Shown: positions 1 through 12,909, numbered from the stretch's first letter. The stretch: 64,000 nt of DNA from an uncultured Planctomycetota bacterium (GCA_963823665.1 CAWGMQ010000002.1:96001-160000), one strand, 5' to 3'. The notes: a model not told the origin generated them from the sequence alone. Made by a program: numbers and translations.

Positions 1-3000
1 GCCGCCGCACTTCCTCGGCAATCCGCTTGCGAAGCTCATTCATCGGTTCCGCGACAAGGTTCTTCAGCTTCGTCCAGTCGGGCTCTTTGGAGTGGCGTTT
101 GTACTCATCTCGTTCTCCCCGGACACGGTCGCGAAGGCGAGCGGCCTCGGCACGCATCTCCGGGTTGTCCAGCAGCTCTTCCACATCGCGCATTCGATCT
201 GTCCATTGACGGAAGCCCTCGCCGCGGATCGGTCCTCCTGCCCAGGTCGTCCGCCGCTCCACGGTCATCACCTCCGCCCGGGCCGCCGGCCTGTGTATCC
301 CGGCCCCGTTGTCACCTTGCTGCCCCCGCTCGCCATCCGCCGGATTGCCACCCCGAAGACGACGCGGCCCTTGCGCTTGCCCTTGCCCGCCCTGCTGCTC
401 GCCTCGACCTCCAGCTTGTCCGCCACCCTGCTGCTCTTGACCTCCTTGCTGCCCCGGCTGCTCTTGTTGTCCTTGACCCTCGCCGCGGCCCTGCTGCTGT
501 CCCTGCTGGCCTTGCTGTTCTCCACGACCCTGTCGCCCGTCTTGCCCGCCTTGCCGCTCACCGGGCTGCGGCTGACCCTGTCGCCCGTCTTGCCTGCCTT
601 GCTGCTCACCGGGCTGCGGCTGGCCCTGTTGCCCATCTTGCCTACGTTGCGGCTCGCCCGGTTGCGGCTGACCCTGTTGCCCGTCTTGCCCGCCTTGCTG
701 CTCACCGGGTTGCGGCTGACCCTGTTCCTGGCGCCTTCCCGCTTGTCCCGGGCGTTGGCCCTGTCTCGCGCGGGCTCCGATTCGCCGGCTCAGTTCCCGT
801 GGCCTGCGCAATCTCGCGATCGAGCTGGTCGCCGAGGTCCTCAAGCTCGCGCTGGGCCCGCTTGAGCGCCTCTGTTTCATCGCCCAGCACGCTCCGCGCC
901 GCTCGCTCGACCCCTTCACGCAATTGCTCCAGGCCTTGCCCCGCGTGCCGCGACGCCTTCGCGGCATCCTCACTGACTGCCCAGGTCGACCAGTTGCTGC
1001 GAGACCTTGAGCGCGTCTGGGAATCTTCTGCTCACCCGCCTTCCGGGCCGTGTCGTAAAGCTCCTTCGCCAGCAGCGGCTCGCTCTCCTCCGCATCCTCG
1101 AACGGTGCGACGCATTTGCTCGAGCAGTTGATCGAGCCGTTTTTCTTGTTGGTCAAGCCCTTCGCGCACCTGCTTTCGTTCGCCCGAATCGCGCAGCGAA
1201 TGCTGCTCACTCTGGTTGCTGGCTTCAAGCTGTTCGCTGAGCTTTTGCTGATCCTCGCTGAGCCGACGCGCCTGGTTGCGCATGTCGGTCGCTTCCTCGG
1301 TGAACCGATTGGCAGCCTTCTTCCGCAGCTCTTCACGCAGGTCGTTTAACTGGCGGCCCGCCCGTGTGCCCTCGGTCAGGGCCTGCCCGAGCCGGCCTTG
1401 CTCGAGCGCGTCGGAGGCCTGCCGCACATGCTCGCGGCCCTGCTCGATCTGCTCGCGCGCATCGGCCATACGCTCGCGGTTTTCCTCCTGTTCCATCCGC
1501 TCTCTGCAGCTCGTCCGTATCGCGCAGGATCTGCTGCTGCTGATCCCTCAGCCGCTTGAGCTGCCGATCAATCTCCTGTCGCGCCTGCTCCGTCTTGGCC
1601 GCCTCGAGCGCCGACTGCAGTTCCTTCAGCCGTTCGTTGACGTCAGCCTGGCGCTGGGCCAGCTCGCGCAGCCGATTGAGCACCTGACGCGTCTCGCGCT
1701 GCTCGCGCTCTCTCTGCGACAGGTTCTCTGCGGCTCGTGCCGAGCGCTGCTCTTCGTACCGGTTCTCATCGTTCGTGAGCTCGAGCTGCTGAAGCTGCCG
1801 CTGTGCCAGTCTGCCCCCGGAGCTCCGGCTCCCTGTTGCTGCCGCCGCGAGTTATTGTCGAATCACCTGGAATTCTCGGGCGCGCAGCTTGAGCAACGCC
1901 TGGTAGGCAGCCTGCTCGGCAGCGAGGGCCGGCTGCAAGCGCCGGGATCGACGACTTCTCGGCAACGTCCGTCAAGCGCTTCTCGGCATCCTTCATCAAC
2001 CGCGTGGCCTGCTCCAGGCTCGCTTTCGATCGCCGCATCTTGCAGCCGCTCCCCGAGCCCGTCGGCCTTCTCGATCGCCGATTGCTGAGCCTCTTTGAGC
2101 ACCTTGCCGTCCTCGGCGAGCTTGTCGGTCGGCTTGCCGCCGGTCTCGCGTCGCACCAGCTTCCAGGTGCCGTTGATGATCTCCTTCTGAAGCTCGGCCA
2201 GCTGGTCGGAATCGCGGGCGTTGTTCTGCCCGCCCTCCTGTTCCTCGTTCTGGGCTGATCCGCCCGGCGGTTGCTCACCCTGCCGGAAGATCTCCTCGAA
2301 GTGCCGCACCTCGGCAAAGTACATGTCGCCCAGACGTGCGCCGCGCCTGCCCGTCGGGCCCCACGTCCTCGCCCCAGAAGAAATAGGTGACAAGCTGATC
2401 GGGAATCGCTTGCAGGGCCTCGAAGTCCAGCAAATGCTCGGCGCGGACCTGCCGTTTGCCGGCACTGGAAGAATTGAGGACGATCTCACGAGATTCGCCC
2501 CCGGCGATGCTGTACGACAGCCCATGACGAGTTACGCCGAAGTCATCCTCGACGTCGGCCTTGAGCTTGAGCTCTTCGACCGGCGACACCCGAACATCAT
2601 GCGCCGGCTGAGTCGTCTTCACAACCGGCGGATGGTTCCGCGTGACATTCACCACGATCTCGCTCGCCAGCTTGTTGGTGCGCCCATCCTTGTCAACCAG
2701 CTCGACTTTGAACCGCCTGGGATCCGCCAGCGTCATGGTCGTCCGGTAAACATGACGCCCATCCGTGGTACGCCTTTAGCTCGATCGACTTCTTCTCGGC
2801 GTCCACCAGCCGCGCAGTGGCAACATCCTTGTTGAGCCGGCATAAAAGCGTCAGCTCGGTGCCTTCGACGGCCGTCACATGCCGGATATCCTCAACCGTC
2901 TTGGGCTCGAGCGAAGTGTAGCGCGGAAAGATCAGCTTGGCGTCGGTACGCACCAGTTCAGGGTATTCAAAAACCTTGACCTGAAACGTATCCGTGCTCT

Positions 3001-3784
3001 TGCCGCCGTACTCCACACGATAAGCAATGTCCGTCTCCACCGACTCGACTCGGCCGGCAAACGTCGGGTCTTCCAGGCTGCGGATCATTCCTCGCAGCGC
3101 CGTGGGTCCAGCCGGGCTCTCGACAACCAGATTCGCCTCGGCCGGCACAGGGCCCTGGAACCGCGCGACGACCAGCAGCGACGTGCCCCGCTCGATCTCG
3201 GTGTTCCCCGGATCGACCGAAACGCCCGTCCCGCCGGCCAAAGACTTGATCGACCTCGTGCCGCCGACATCCGACCGCGCCAGCGGGCTCATCGTGACCA
3301 GCACCACGAGCAACGAGCAAAGCGCCGCGGCGTGAGCCACCATCGCTCCGCGCAATGTCCAGCTCGGGACTGTTTCATTCCAGTCCGACTTGCGGCGATG
3401 ATCGAGCACTTCTTTGACGACCGCATATTGCAAGAAGCCGAGCTGGCCTGAAGGCGACGCACCAATCTCTTCGACGGCGGCCAGGAGCCCCGTTTTCAGC
3501 TCCGGATGCTTGGCCTCGATACGCCGCGCCACCCAGCGCGGATCGCGCGCCCTCATCTGCGCCCAGGCGACGCAGAGCACGCCCGTCACCAAGGCCACCC
3601 CCGCCAGCGACGCCGTCAGCCACCAATCGTCAATCGGCCCGATCGATTCCTGGAACCAGGCGGTGCGCATCCCGCAGCCCACCAGCGCCCACACCAGCCA
3701 GCACAAGGCCAGGCTGCTGAAGAGCCGCTCATGGCGGAATCGGCGAGCAACTCGTTCCAGTGCTTGAAACAATGACATACTCAT
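1..3784 (-). CDS. Large membrane-anchored coiled-coil protein (DUF4175-like) of the MoxR/BatA operon; several frameshifts; runs off the left edge
   Basis: Starts MSMSLFQALERVARRF (ATG 3784, ATGA overlap with the upstream stop). Three TM segments, an Ig-like region, then Q/E/R-rich coiled-coil fragments in ORFs 2275-2736, 1863-2525, 1333-1683, 1032-1496 and 702-923, then a G/Q-rich tail. Confidence 0.75.
526..727 (-). repeat. Four 48-bp coding tandem repeats (about QGQPQPGEQQGGQDGQ/R)
   Basis: Unit gaccctgtYgcccgtcttgccYgccttgcYgctcaccgggYtgcggct restarts at 526, 574, 622 (more diverged), 670 and 718 (partial). Confidence 0.9.
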
Positions 3785-5900
3785 GTGCCCACTGCCTCCG
3801 CATGAGTCGACCGGCGCCCGGCAGCACGCCGGCCAGCCAGCCAGGTTTCGACGATCAGTACACCGATCGCAGCCAGGATCAGCCACCGCCAGAGTTTCTG
3901 GCGGTTCTCGAGCTCCAGATTGTACATCTGCCGGAGCTCCGCATGATTGAAAGGTTTCGGGGTTTGGCTTGCCAGCCGGCAACCCCACTTTTGCAAGGTC
4001 ACGTCTTCGAGCGCGGCTGTTTTGCTTTCCAGGGGGTCGAGGTTGATCGCAAACGACCTCGTCCCGTCGGGTGTGTCGACCGCGTACACCCCGGGCTCGC
4101 CTGTATCCGCGAAGAACGGGCTGCCCTGCGGGACAGCCGCGATCGTCCCATCCGGTTTGTGGACGGTCAGACCACTGCCGCCTGCTTCGATCGCCGGCAT
4201 CGGCACCTGATCGAAGACCACGTGCGCACCTCCACCCAGGGTAGGGGGGCTTCGTCCCTCCAGTAACCCTGTCATCAAGGCCACAAACTTCGACGACCGC
4301 GCAAGCTGACTATCAACCGGTTGCCAGCCGCTCGCAAACACCACCAGCCGTCCCTTCCCCACGGCTTTCTCGATGACGGCGGCGTCGCCCGGCTTCAAAC
4401 CGGGCGATGACGTTGGCCTCGCCCAGCGATTCCGGCTTGATCAGCCGATGCTTCCAGAAATGGATCTTCGTGAAGTCGTTGAACTGGGCGCCGGCAAGCG
4501 GCGCAAAAAGCGGATGGTCGAACTTGATCTCACCCAGCATCACATCTTTCGAGGGCGCTTCTTCAATGGCCCAAGGCGCGACACCAGCAATCGTGGCGAG
4601 GGTTTCAGCACGACCGGGTGCAGCAGCCACGAACAGCAGGGTTCCACCGCCGCGCACATATTGCTCGAGCACGCTGCGCGTTCGCCCCGCTCGTCTCCGC
4701 TGTCAAAATCACAAGCGGCACGGCCGAGGGCTTCTCGAGCGCGACAGCCTTGTTCGGAAGCTGAGCAACGATGCGAATGGTGCGCCTCGGAGTGTCGACG
4801 AACACTCTCTCGAGGTAATAAAGAAGACCCGTGGAATCATCAGCCCGATCGCTGCCGATATAAACGACCGTCTTCTCGTCTCGTCGCTCATCCGCGAAAT
4901 ACACCGTGTTGTCGTATCCGCGCTCGTCGCCGCGCAGCCGGAGCAAACGATAGAGCCCCTGACCCTTCGGCCGCGGCACGTGCATCACGCGGCTCTCTCC
5001 AGGTGGAACGTAAACCTCCACGGGCGGGTCGGCCGCTTCTTTGTCGTGCTCGTCAACCCACACCAGCTCAAATTTCTCGCGCCGTGACGATGGATCGTTC
5101 AGCACCCGGACTCGCCGGCTATTGTTTGTAGCGGCCGGATCCGACTCGGCAGACTCCGCGAGCACCGCAAGGCCCGCATTCGACCCGGCATCAGTAACGG
5201 TCTTCAGTTCGAGGTCGACGTCGGAGGGCCATTCAAAACCGCCAAGCGCGTCCAGCCGGCTTCCCTGGGGAAGGTCGCTGATCAAAATCACCCGCCGCGG
5301 CATTCGCCCGCTCTTCTCGCTGGTATCCGCCTGCTCTTCGACTACTGAAACCACGTCGATCAGAGCCTGCCCCAGGTTCGTACCGCCCCACGAAGGCGCC
5401 AGTTGAGCGAGCTTCGCCTTGGCAATGGCATCACGCCGGGCCGCATCAAGCGTCGCCGATTCCCGGAAGCTTAAAAGGGGCTGGGTCTGTACATCAAACG
5501 AAAACACAGCCAGTTGGTCGGCAGGCCGGCGATCGGCAATCACCTTGTTCGCCATCTCGAGCGCCCGGGCCCATAAGTCGCCCCGCCGCATGCTGGCACT
5601 CGTGTCGATCAATACGGCCACTCGCCGCCGCTCGACGTCGCTGAATCCCAGGCGAGCCGCCTCACGCAGAAACGGCCTCGCAAACGCAAAAGCGAGCAAG
5701 CAAAGTGCCGCCGCTCGCAAGAGCAGCAGGAGCAAATGGTCCAGCCGGCTTCGCCTGGTGAGTCGCGGCGGAGTCGGCGCTAGAAACATCAGCGAGCTGA
5801 ACGGCACCTCTCCGCGCGGTGACCGGCGGATCAAATGAAATACGACCGGAGCGACGAGCGCCGTGAGCCCAAGGATGTACAGCGGCGTGAGGAAGCTCAC
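3781..5900 (-). CDS. BatA-type N-terminal double-TM + VWA domain protein (frameshifts near 4670 and 4400)
   Basis: MSFLTPLYILG...PVVFHLIRR...VPFSSLMFL; DTSASM MIDAS motif; C-terminal LWRWLILAAIGVLIVETWL. Confidence 0.85.
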
Positions 5901-6901
5901 CGTGCCCCTCCTCGACCAGGCGCAACCCGGCGCCCCGGCCGTCGCACCCGGCGCATCCGCGCCCTCAGAAGATCGAAGAGAACAAGCTCGAGGGGCCGGT
6001 CTGTCGTGATCGACTCGTATTCAATCCCCAGATCGACGCAGGCTCGCTCAACCTGCGCGGCGTGAGCGGCAAACTTTCGCAGGTATCCCTCCCGGGCCGC
6101 GGCCGGGTCGATGTACAGTTCCTTGCCCGATTCCACGTCGTGAAACATCGCGGGTGCCGTGAACGTGAAGTTCACCTCTGCCGGGTCGAGCACCCGCAGC
6201 ACGACGACGTCATGCCCTCGAGAACGCAGATACCCAAGCCGCGTCTGCAACGAATCCGCCGGAGCAAGCAGGTCCGAGATCAACACGATCAACCCGCGTT
6301 TCCGCACCGTCGCCGCGATCTGTTCGAGCGGCTCGACCAGATTCGTCGCCCGCCCTTCCGGCTCGCGATCAAGCGCGGCCATCAACCGGCGGAGATGGCC
6401 CGGCCGATACCGCGCCGGCAGATAATCCGTGATTCGATCCTCGAATAAGAGCAATCCAACGGCGTCGCGCTGGCTCGCCAGAAAGTAGGCGATCGTGGCC
6501 GCCGCCGTGCGTGCATAATCGCTCTTGCTGTAGGGCCCCGATCGATAGCCCATCGAACGGCTCGTATCGACCACCAGGTTGCAGCGCAGGTTGGTTTCAT
6601 CCTCGAACCGTTTCACGTAATACCGGTCCGACCGCGCGTACAACCGCCAGTCGAGATAGCGAGGGTCATCGCCCGGGCTGTACTCGCGATATTCGCTGAA
6701 CTCGACCGAGAACCCGTGGTAGGGGCTGCGATGAATGCCCTTGATGAATCCTTCGACCGCCACCCGCGCCCTGATCTGAAGACTCTTGATACGCATCAAC
6801 GTGCGCGGATCGATCAGAGAATTGCCGGCGTGCGCCCCTGCATCGCCCTGCGACGTGCTTGGCCCGGACCCGGAAGCTCGGTGTCGCTCAAGCACGGGCA
6901 T
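5897..6901 (-). CDS. DUF58 domain protein
   Basis: GIHRSPYHGFSVEFSEYREYSPGDDPRYLDWR...YVKRFEDETN; adjacent to MoxR. Confidence 0.93.
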   Translation of the reverse strand: MPVLERHRASGSGPSTSQGDAGAHAGNSLIDPRTLMRIKSLQIRARVAVEGFIKGIHRSPYHGFSVEFSEYREYSPGDDPRYLDWRLYARSDRYYVKRFEDETNLRCNLVVDTSRSMGYRSGPYSKSDYARTAAATIAYFLASQRDAVGLLLFEDRITDYLPARYRPGHLRRLMAALDREPEGRATNLVEPLEQIAATVRKRGLIVLISDLLAPADSLQTRLGYLRSRGHDVVVLRVLDPAEVNFTFTAPAMFHDVESGKELYIDPAAAREGYLRKFAAHAAQVERACVDLGIEYESITTDRPLELVLFDLLRARMRRVRRPGRRVAPGRGGAR

Positions 6902-7916
6902 CAGTTGCGCAACCCCTTTACGTGTTCCAGAAGCCGGTCGATCACGGTGTCAACGGCTACGCCGTCGGCTTCGGCTCGATAGCCCAGCAGAATGCGGTGC
7001 CGCAAAGTGGGGTGCACCAATGCGCGGATGTCTTCCGGCTCGACGTGGAAACACCCCCGCAAGAGTGCGCGGGCCTTGGCCCCCAGCACCAGCGACTGCC
7101 CGGCGCGCAGACCAGCCCCCCAGCTCACCCACTGATTGATGAAGTCCGGCGCATCCGGCCCCGGGCGGCTCGATGCCGCCAGCCGCACCGCATGCCGCAC
7201 CAGGTCTTCCGCGATCGGCACCTTGCGCACGACTTCGTGAAACTGAAGCACGTCGCGGCCGTCAAACAGAGGCTCGATCACCTCCGTCTTTCGCGAGGTG
7301 GTTTGCTGGACAACCGCCACCTCCTCCGGTTCCGGAAGGTAATCGACGATCACGTTGAACATGAACCGGTCGAGCTGCGCCTCCGGCAGCGGGTATGTCC
7401 CCTCCATCTCGATCGGGTTCTGCGTGGCCAGCACGAAGAACGGTTCTTCGAGGGGATAGCGTACCCCCGCCGCCGTCACCTGGTGCTCCTGCATCGCTTC
7501 CAGGAGCGCCGCCTGCGTCTTGGGCGGCGTCCGGTTGATCTCGTCGGCGAGGATCACGTTGGCAAAGATCGGTCCTTTCACGAACTGCATCCGCCGCCGG
7601 CCTTCGCCGGTTTCCTCGAGAATCTCCGTCCCCGTGATGTCGGCCGGCATCAGGTCCGGCGTGAACTGGATCCGCTGAAACTTCAGGTGGAACACTTGCG
7701 CGATCGTGCGCACAAGCAAGGTCTTGGCCAGCCCGGCGCGCCGGTGATCAGGCAGTGACCGCCGGCAAACAAGCTGATCAGAAGCTGATGCGTCGCCTCC
7801 TTCTGGCCGATGATCACCTTGGAAAGCTCGCGCTCGATCCGGCCTCGGCTCTCGTGGATCTTCTCGACAGCAAGGCGCTCTGAGTCGTAGGCATCGGCGG
7901 CGTCCGGCACAATCAT
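6901..7916 (-). CDS. moxR: MoxR family AAA+ ATPase (frameshift near 7735)
   Basis: VIIGQ...GGHCLITGAPG/LAKT, RIQFTPDLMPADITG, LADEINRTPPKTQAALLEAMQE, ATQNPIEMEGTYPLPEAQLDRF. Confidence 0.95.
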
Positions 7917-7978
7917 CCCTTTCAAACGTCACTTCGGGCGGTCGTCACGGCGATGCCGGTCGCGGCCCAGCGTGCCGC

Positions 7979-8959
7979 TCAGTGAGTCATCGCATAAGTC
8001 ACAATATTGATGCCCATCGGGTACGACTTCTTTGCCGACATCTCATTGAAATAGTCCTCTTCAACCCCTTCGCGCTCCCAGCCATCGCCCAGGTCGGTGT
8101 TGTGGCAGATGATCACCATCATCCGGCCCTTGTCGTCCTTGATCTGCTTGTAGTGAACGGTGCGCGTCCCGGGCCCGTGCCGAAGCTCGCTTTCATAGGT
8201 GACATCCGACCCGAGCCCCCCCCAGGCATCGATGCTAGGAACTTGGGGTTTTTCCTTGAGAGGATAGACGCAATTGAAGATTTTGTGCGTGATCGGCAAC
8301 TCTTCCGGCTCATACTTGTCCTCCGGAAAAACACCCTTTATTTGCTGATAGAACCTTTGGTACTCAAAGTCGCCCCAGAAATCGTCGACCATCAAGAAGC
8401 CGCCGTTCAATAGATAATGGCGCAAGGCCGCCGCTTCCTCCGGCGAGAACGAGAGCCCATGCCCCGGCTCGATCAGATAAAGGAACGGGTAATCGCACAG
8501 GTCCTGGTCGGTCAGGCGTCTCGTGATCGGTTGTGGGTTGACCTTCAGTGAGGTGAGGTCATGCAGCCGCAACGAGAAGTTCAAATCGCTGTCCGGGAAG
8601 TCGGTGCGCCACGGTCCTCCCCACCCATAGCCACCGCCGAAACCGCCGCCGCCGAAACCACCCCCTCTGCCGCCACGACCGCGCCGCGGTTGTTGTTCCA
8701 TGCTCACGAGCGTCGGCACTGTCCGCGTGTCGATCCCCCCCCAACGTCCTCCAACAGAGTCATATTCGACTCGGACAAACGTGAATACATCTTTACGAAA
8801 ATGTTCGTCGACCTTCCATTCCTCCACACCCCTGCGGTCCTCGATAATCGCGCCCGATCGTGATTGCCCTTGCTGACCAAATGTTTGCGCCAGCGCGGCG
8901 CCGGCGAGGACCACGAGGACCGCAACCAGGCCGAGGTGGAATAGGCGTTTTCGGCTCAT
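7979..8959 (-). CDS. DUF4159 domain secreted protein
   Basis: Signal peptide; WRTDFPDSDLN, YPFLYLIEPG, LRHYLLNGGFLMVDDFWG, NTDLGDGWE, MGINIVTYAMTH. Confidence 0.9.
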   Translation of the reverse strand: MSRKRLFHLGLVAVLVVLAGAALAQTFGQQGQSRSGAIIEDRRGVEEWKVDEHFRKDVFTFVRVEYDSVGGRWGGIDTRTVPTLVSMEQQPRRGRGGRGGGFGGGGFGGGYGWGGPWRTDFPDSDLNFSLRLHDLTSLKVNPQPITRRLTDQDLCDYPFLYLIEPGHGLSFSPEEAAALRHYLLNGGFLMVDDFWGDFEYQRFYQQIKGVFPEDKYEPEELPITHKIFNCVYPLKEKPQVPSIDAWGGLGSDVTYESELRHGPGTRTVHYKQIKDDKGRMMVIICHNTDLGDGWEREGVEEDYFNEMSAKKSYPMGINIVTYAMTH

Positions 8960-8998
8960 CGCTCTTGGTACCTGTTTGTTCGGGCGGAGCGGTCCTAT

Positions 8999-11600
8999 CT
9001 ATCGCGAGCGGGCCGCTGGCGGCTCCGGATCCAGCAGCTCGAGCAGTAGTTGGTGGGCTTCTCGGAAGCGGGGCGCTTGCTCAAGCGACTTGAGCACCTC
9101 GCGCCGGGCTTCCTGGGGCTTGCCGGCCCGGCGAAGCAAGCTCGCCAGGTGATAGTGCACTGAGGCCGGATCGGTGTCGTCGAGAGTCGCCAGCGCGCGG
9201 TACGCGCCGATCGCCTCATCAAGCGACCCCAGCTCCTCCGACGCGCGGGCGAGTCCGCGGAATGGCGGCGGGATGAGCGGATTGACGGCCAGCAGTCGCC
9301 GGGCATTCTCGCCCAGAGCAGCGCCAATCGCCGGCCGCGTCGGCAACTTCCATCAGCCTCAGGTAGGCCGCGCTTGCGTCGCCATCCCTCATCGCCAGCT
9401 CCTCGAGGATCGTGTGTTCGGCCGCGGGATCCCCTAGTCGTCGATAAACCGCGGCCAGCAACAGGTAAGCGTTATCGCCCCCGACGTATCCCGGATAAAT
9501 GGCCTTGAGCTTCTCGAGAACGTCTTTCGCTTGAGCCCACTTCCCCTCGGCGACCAGCGTCGCCCCGGACCGCTTCAATCCCCAAAAGCTCTTCGGATGC
9601 TTTTCGAGCCAGGCCGCTACAACCGTTGAATCCGCGTCAACCGGCAGATCCGGCTCCTCCCAGGTCGCCCCCGGAGCAATCTTCTCCGCTCGCTCCCGCG
9701 CAAACTTTCTAAATTCGCCATCTATTTGATCTAGCGTCATTTTCGTGCGGTTCGGCAGGCCCTCGTTCATCGGTATGCCGGCACCGAGATCGTCCAGCAG
9801 CCCCTTCACGGCAGGCAGGCCGAACCGCTCAATCAGAAATTCAACGGCAAGGGCGGACTCAAAGTACGCAAACTGCACGTCCAGTGGAGTCTTGGCCGTT
9901 AAGAACGCGGAACTCAGGCGGCTGATCGGCGTGAGCCCGTCCGAGAGAATCATGGCGCGATAACGCGGGTCAAAGGCCGTCGCCCAGGCAGGATCTGCTT
10001 GCCCTTCCTCGTAAACGGAGATCCCCTCGCTCAGCCACCGGGGCATCTTGTTTCGAGTTTTCCCAAGAGTCACCACATGGCAAAATTCATGCCAAAGCAC
10101 GGCCTCCCAGTTTGAATGGTGTTCGCCCTGCGACGCTGGGCTCCTCGCCGTGACAACTCGGCCGAAGCACACACCCAAGAGCCCCTCCGCCCCAGGCAAG
10201 CCGAAAGTCCGCACCGCAAATTCCTTCTGCTGCGGAAAAACCTCGACGATCACCGGTTCTTTCAGCGTGACACCATACTTCGCCACCAGCGTTTTCCTGG
10301 CTCGCGTGAGCAGCTCCAGGACGCGCGGTCCATACAGCTCCGCCTCGCGGGCGTCCATGCGCAGAATGAGGCCCTCGTCTTCGAGCGTCCGGAAGCTCGA
10401 CAGTCGGTCGCGAAGCGTCACCAGGTTATACGCGACTACGTTGTAGCCATCCTTGCTGAAGATTTCAGCAGCGAGCTTCCAGCCTTCTGTTTCTTCCCCC
10501 AGCCGAAGAAGGTCCTGGCAGAGCTGCAGCTTGGCTGGCTGATACCCGGGATCAAACGCTAGCGACTGCTTCTGACGTTGCGCCCCTTCCGCAAATCGGT
10601 ACTTCTGCGACAACTTTCGTCCGATGATGTGGTCGACTTCGGGGTTCGCGTCCCACCGCGCGAGCGCCTTCTTGCGAGCCTCATCTTCTCCGGCTTGATC
10701 ACTGCGAAGGTGCGCGAGGACCGCCTCATACGCGTACGCCCGCGACTCACGCGGGTTCACGTTGAAGACCTCTTTCAAGACCTTTTCCGCCTCGGCGTAA
10801 CGCTCGCCGTCGATCATGGTATCGGCCACGAGCAGCAGGCTGTCGACGTGACTGGGGTTGATCTTCAACGCCTGCGCCAGCGCTTTGCCGGTCGCCTCTC
10901 GATCGTCGTTCGCGAGTGCACGAGCCATCAGATAATGAAACCGGGGATCGGCTGCGGCCTCCTTCGGGGCCTTTCGCAACGTCTCGGCCGCGAGGGCGTA
11001 ATCCTCCTTGTCCAGCGCCATCTCCGCAGTGGCAAACCACCCCTCGACGAAACCAGGCGCTTGCTTGGTGACGACGTCATAGCACTGGTCCAGCACCTTG
11101 CGCGCATCCTCGCCGCGCAGCAAAAACAACCGCCCGACCGTCACCCAACCCTCGGGAGTCGCGTAGCGCCGCGGAGAGTTCTGGAAAAGCTTCGTGATCG
11201 TCTCGAGCTCGAGCGCCGCGTCCCCTGCCTGGCCCGTCTGACGATAGATCTGACTCCCGAGCAGATGCAGCGATATGCTCGCAGGGAAACGAATCAAGGC
11301 CTCCTCAAGAGCGGCAATCGCTTCCTTGTCTCTTCCCCTCGCCAGCTCCGTCTTGATCTTCAAGTGCCGCCACGCTTCACTCCACCCGTCATTCTCCATT
11401 CCGGCGTCGACCGCCTTCGCACACTCGTCGTACTTGCCCGTTCGGAACAATATCTCTGCGTCATCGAGATCCGCTGCAATCGCTTGCGAGCACAAGAAGC
11501 CGAGACACAACGAAAGAAGCGTTTTTTGCAAGCGGCCGAGGCTGCCAGCACAACGAAATCCACCGTGCGACGTCCAACATTGCGACGCTGACGCGAGCAT
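8999..11600 (-). CDS. TPR-repeat protein with peptidase MA-like (gluzincin) domain (frameshift near 9320)
   Basis: TPR-like helices; VLWHEFCHVVT...PRWLSEGISVYEE (HExxH...E); C-terminal TPRs in ORF 8999-9346. Start uncertain. Confidence 0.8.
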
Positions 11601-11787
11601 TCCGCCCTTTCGTTCCGGAGAAATTACTTTCCTCGAAAGTAGGCAGATGGCAATTATAGCGGCGTACCGACCGACAGTGCCACCGTCCTCCGCACGCGCA
11701 AGTCGCATAACCGTAGGTCAGGCTTCAGCCTGACGATCGCTTCCCGTTCTCCCCACGCGCGTCCCGCATCTACCGAGGATTTCTCTG

Positions 11788-12909
11788 ATGTACCTGCTTT
11801 GGCTAGCCGCGCTGTCCCGCTTCGCCTTGGCCCAAGACCCGCCAACAGCATTGCGGCACGTCGTCGTTTATCGCGAGGAAGGTCGATTCGCAGGCTGGCC
11901 GGCCAACCACGGAATCTGGTCGTGGGATGACGAGATCCTGGTCGGATTCAGTCGCGGAACCTACAAGGATCGTGGGCCGTTCCACCACATCGACAAAGAA
12001 AAGCCCGAGGAATTCCTCCTGGCACGTAGCCGAGACGGGGGGCTCACCTGGTCGGTTGAAGTTCCGCAACCCAGTGGGGCATTAGCCGGCACACCGGGCA
12101 TGCGCCACGGAATCATGCCGCCCGGGCTGATGCCCGATCAACCCTCCGAGCTGCGCACTCCCATCCGCTTCGACCATCCCGACTTCGCGATGACCATTCG
12201 AATGGAGAACAGCAACAACGGCATGTCCCGGCTGTTCTTCTCATACGACCGGGGTAAGAGCTGGCGCGGTCCATACCGCCTGCCGATCTTCGACCAGAAG
12301 GGCGTTATGGGCCGGACAGACTACATCGTCGATGGTCGTTCCCGCTGCACGCTTTTTCTCACCGCATCCAAATCGAACAGCCGCGAAGGTCGGCCTTTCT
12401 GCGTGCGTACGGACGATGGCGGTTTGACATGGCGGTTTCTCTCATTCATTGGTCCCGAGCCCGCCGGTTATGCAATCATGCCCTCGTCTGTGAGGCTCTC
12501 GCCGCGCGATCTTGTCACGACCATCCGACGGCAGGATCCACCGCGAAGCTGGATCGACGCCTATGCGTCTCACGACGACGGATTGACCTGGACGTTCCTG
12601 GCAACGCCCGAGCCTGATACCGGCGAAGGAAACCCACCCAGCCTGCTCCGCCTTCCCGACAACCGGCTCTGCCTGGTTTTCGGCTCGCGCAGAGAGCCTT
12701 TCGGAATTTACGCCCGCTCAAGCGACGACCTCGGTAAGACGTGGTCCCGCCGGATCACCCTGCGCGACGACGCCGGCGGCCGCGATATCGGTTACGTCCG
12801 ATCAATCATCCGGCCCGACGGCAAGGTCGTAGCGGTCTACTATTATCACGATCAGAAAGCGCCAGTACGCTACCTGGCGGCGACAATCTGGGCGCCCGCA
12901 AGCTCGTGA
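11788..12909 (+). CDS. Sialidase/BNR-repeat family protein
   Basis: Signal peptide; Asp-boxes SRDGGLTW, SYDRGKSW, TDDGGLTW, SHDDGLTW, SDDLGKTW. Confidence 0.88.
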   Translation: MYLLWLAALSRFALAQDPPTALRHVVVYREEGRFAGWPANHGIWSWDDEILVGFSRGTYKDRGPFHHIDKEKPEEFLLARSRDGGLTWSVEVPQPSGALAGTPGMRHGIMPPGLMPDQPSELRTPIRFDHPDFAMTIRMENSNNGMSRLFFSYDRGKSWRGPYRLPIFDQKGVMGRTDYIVDGRSRCTLFLTASKSNSREGRPFCVRTDDGGLTWRFLSFIGPEPAGYAIMPSSVRLSPRDLVTTIRRQDPPRSWIDAYASHDDGLTWTFLATPEPDTGEGNPPSLLRLPDNRLCLVFGSRREPFGIYARSSDDLGKTWSRRITLRDDAGGRDIGYVRSIIRPDGKVVAVYYYHDQKAPVRYLAATIWAPASS

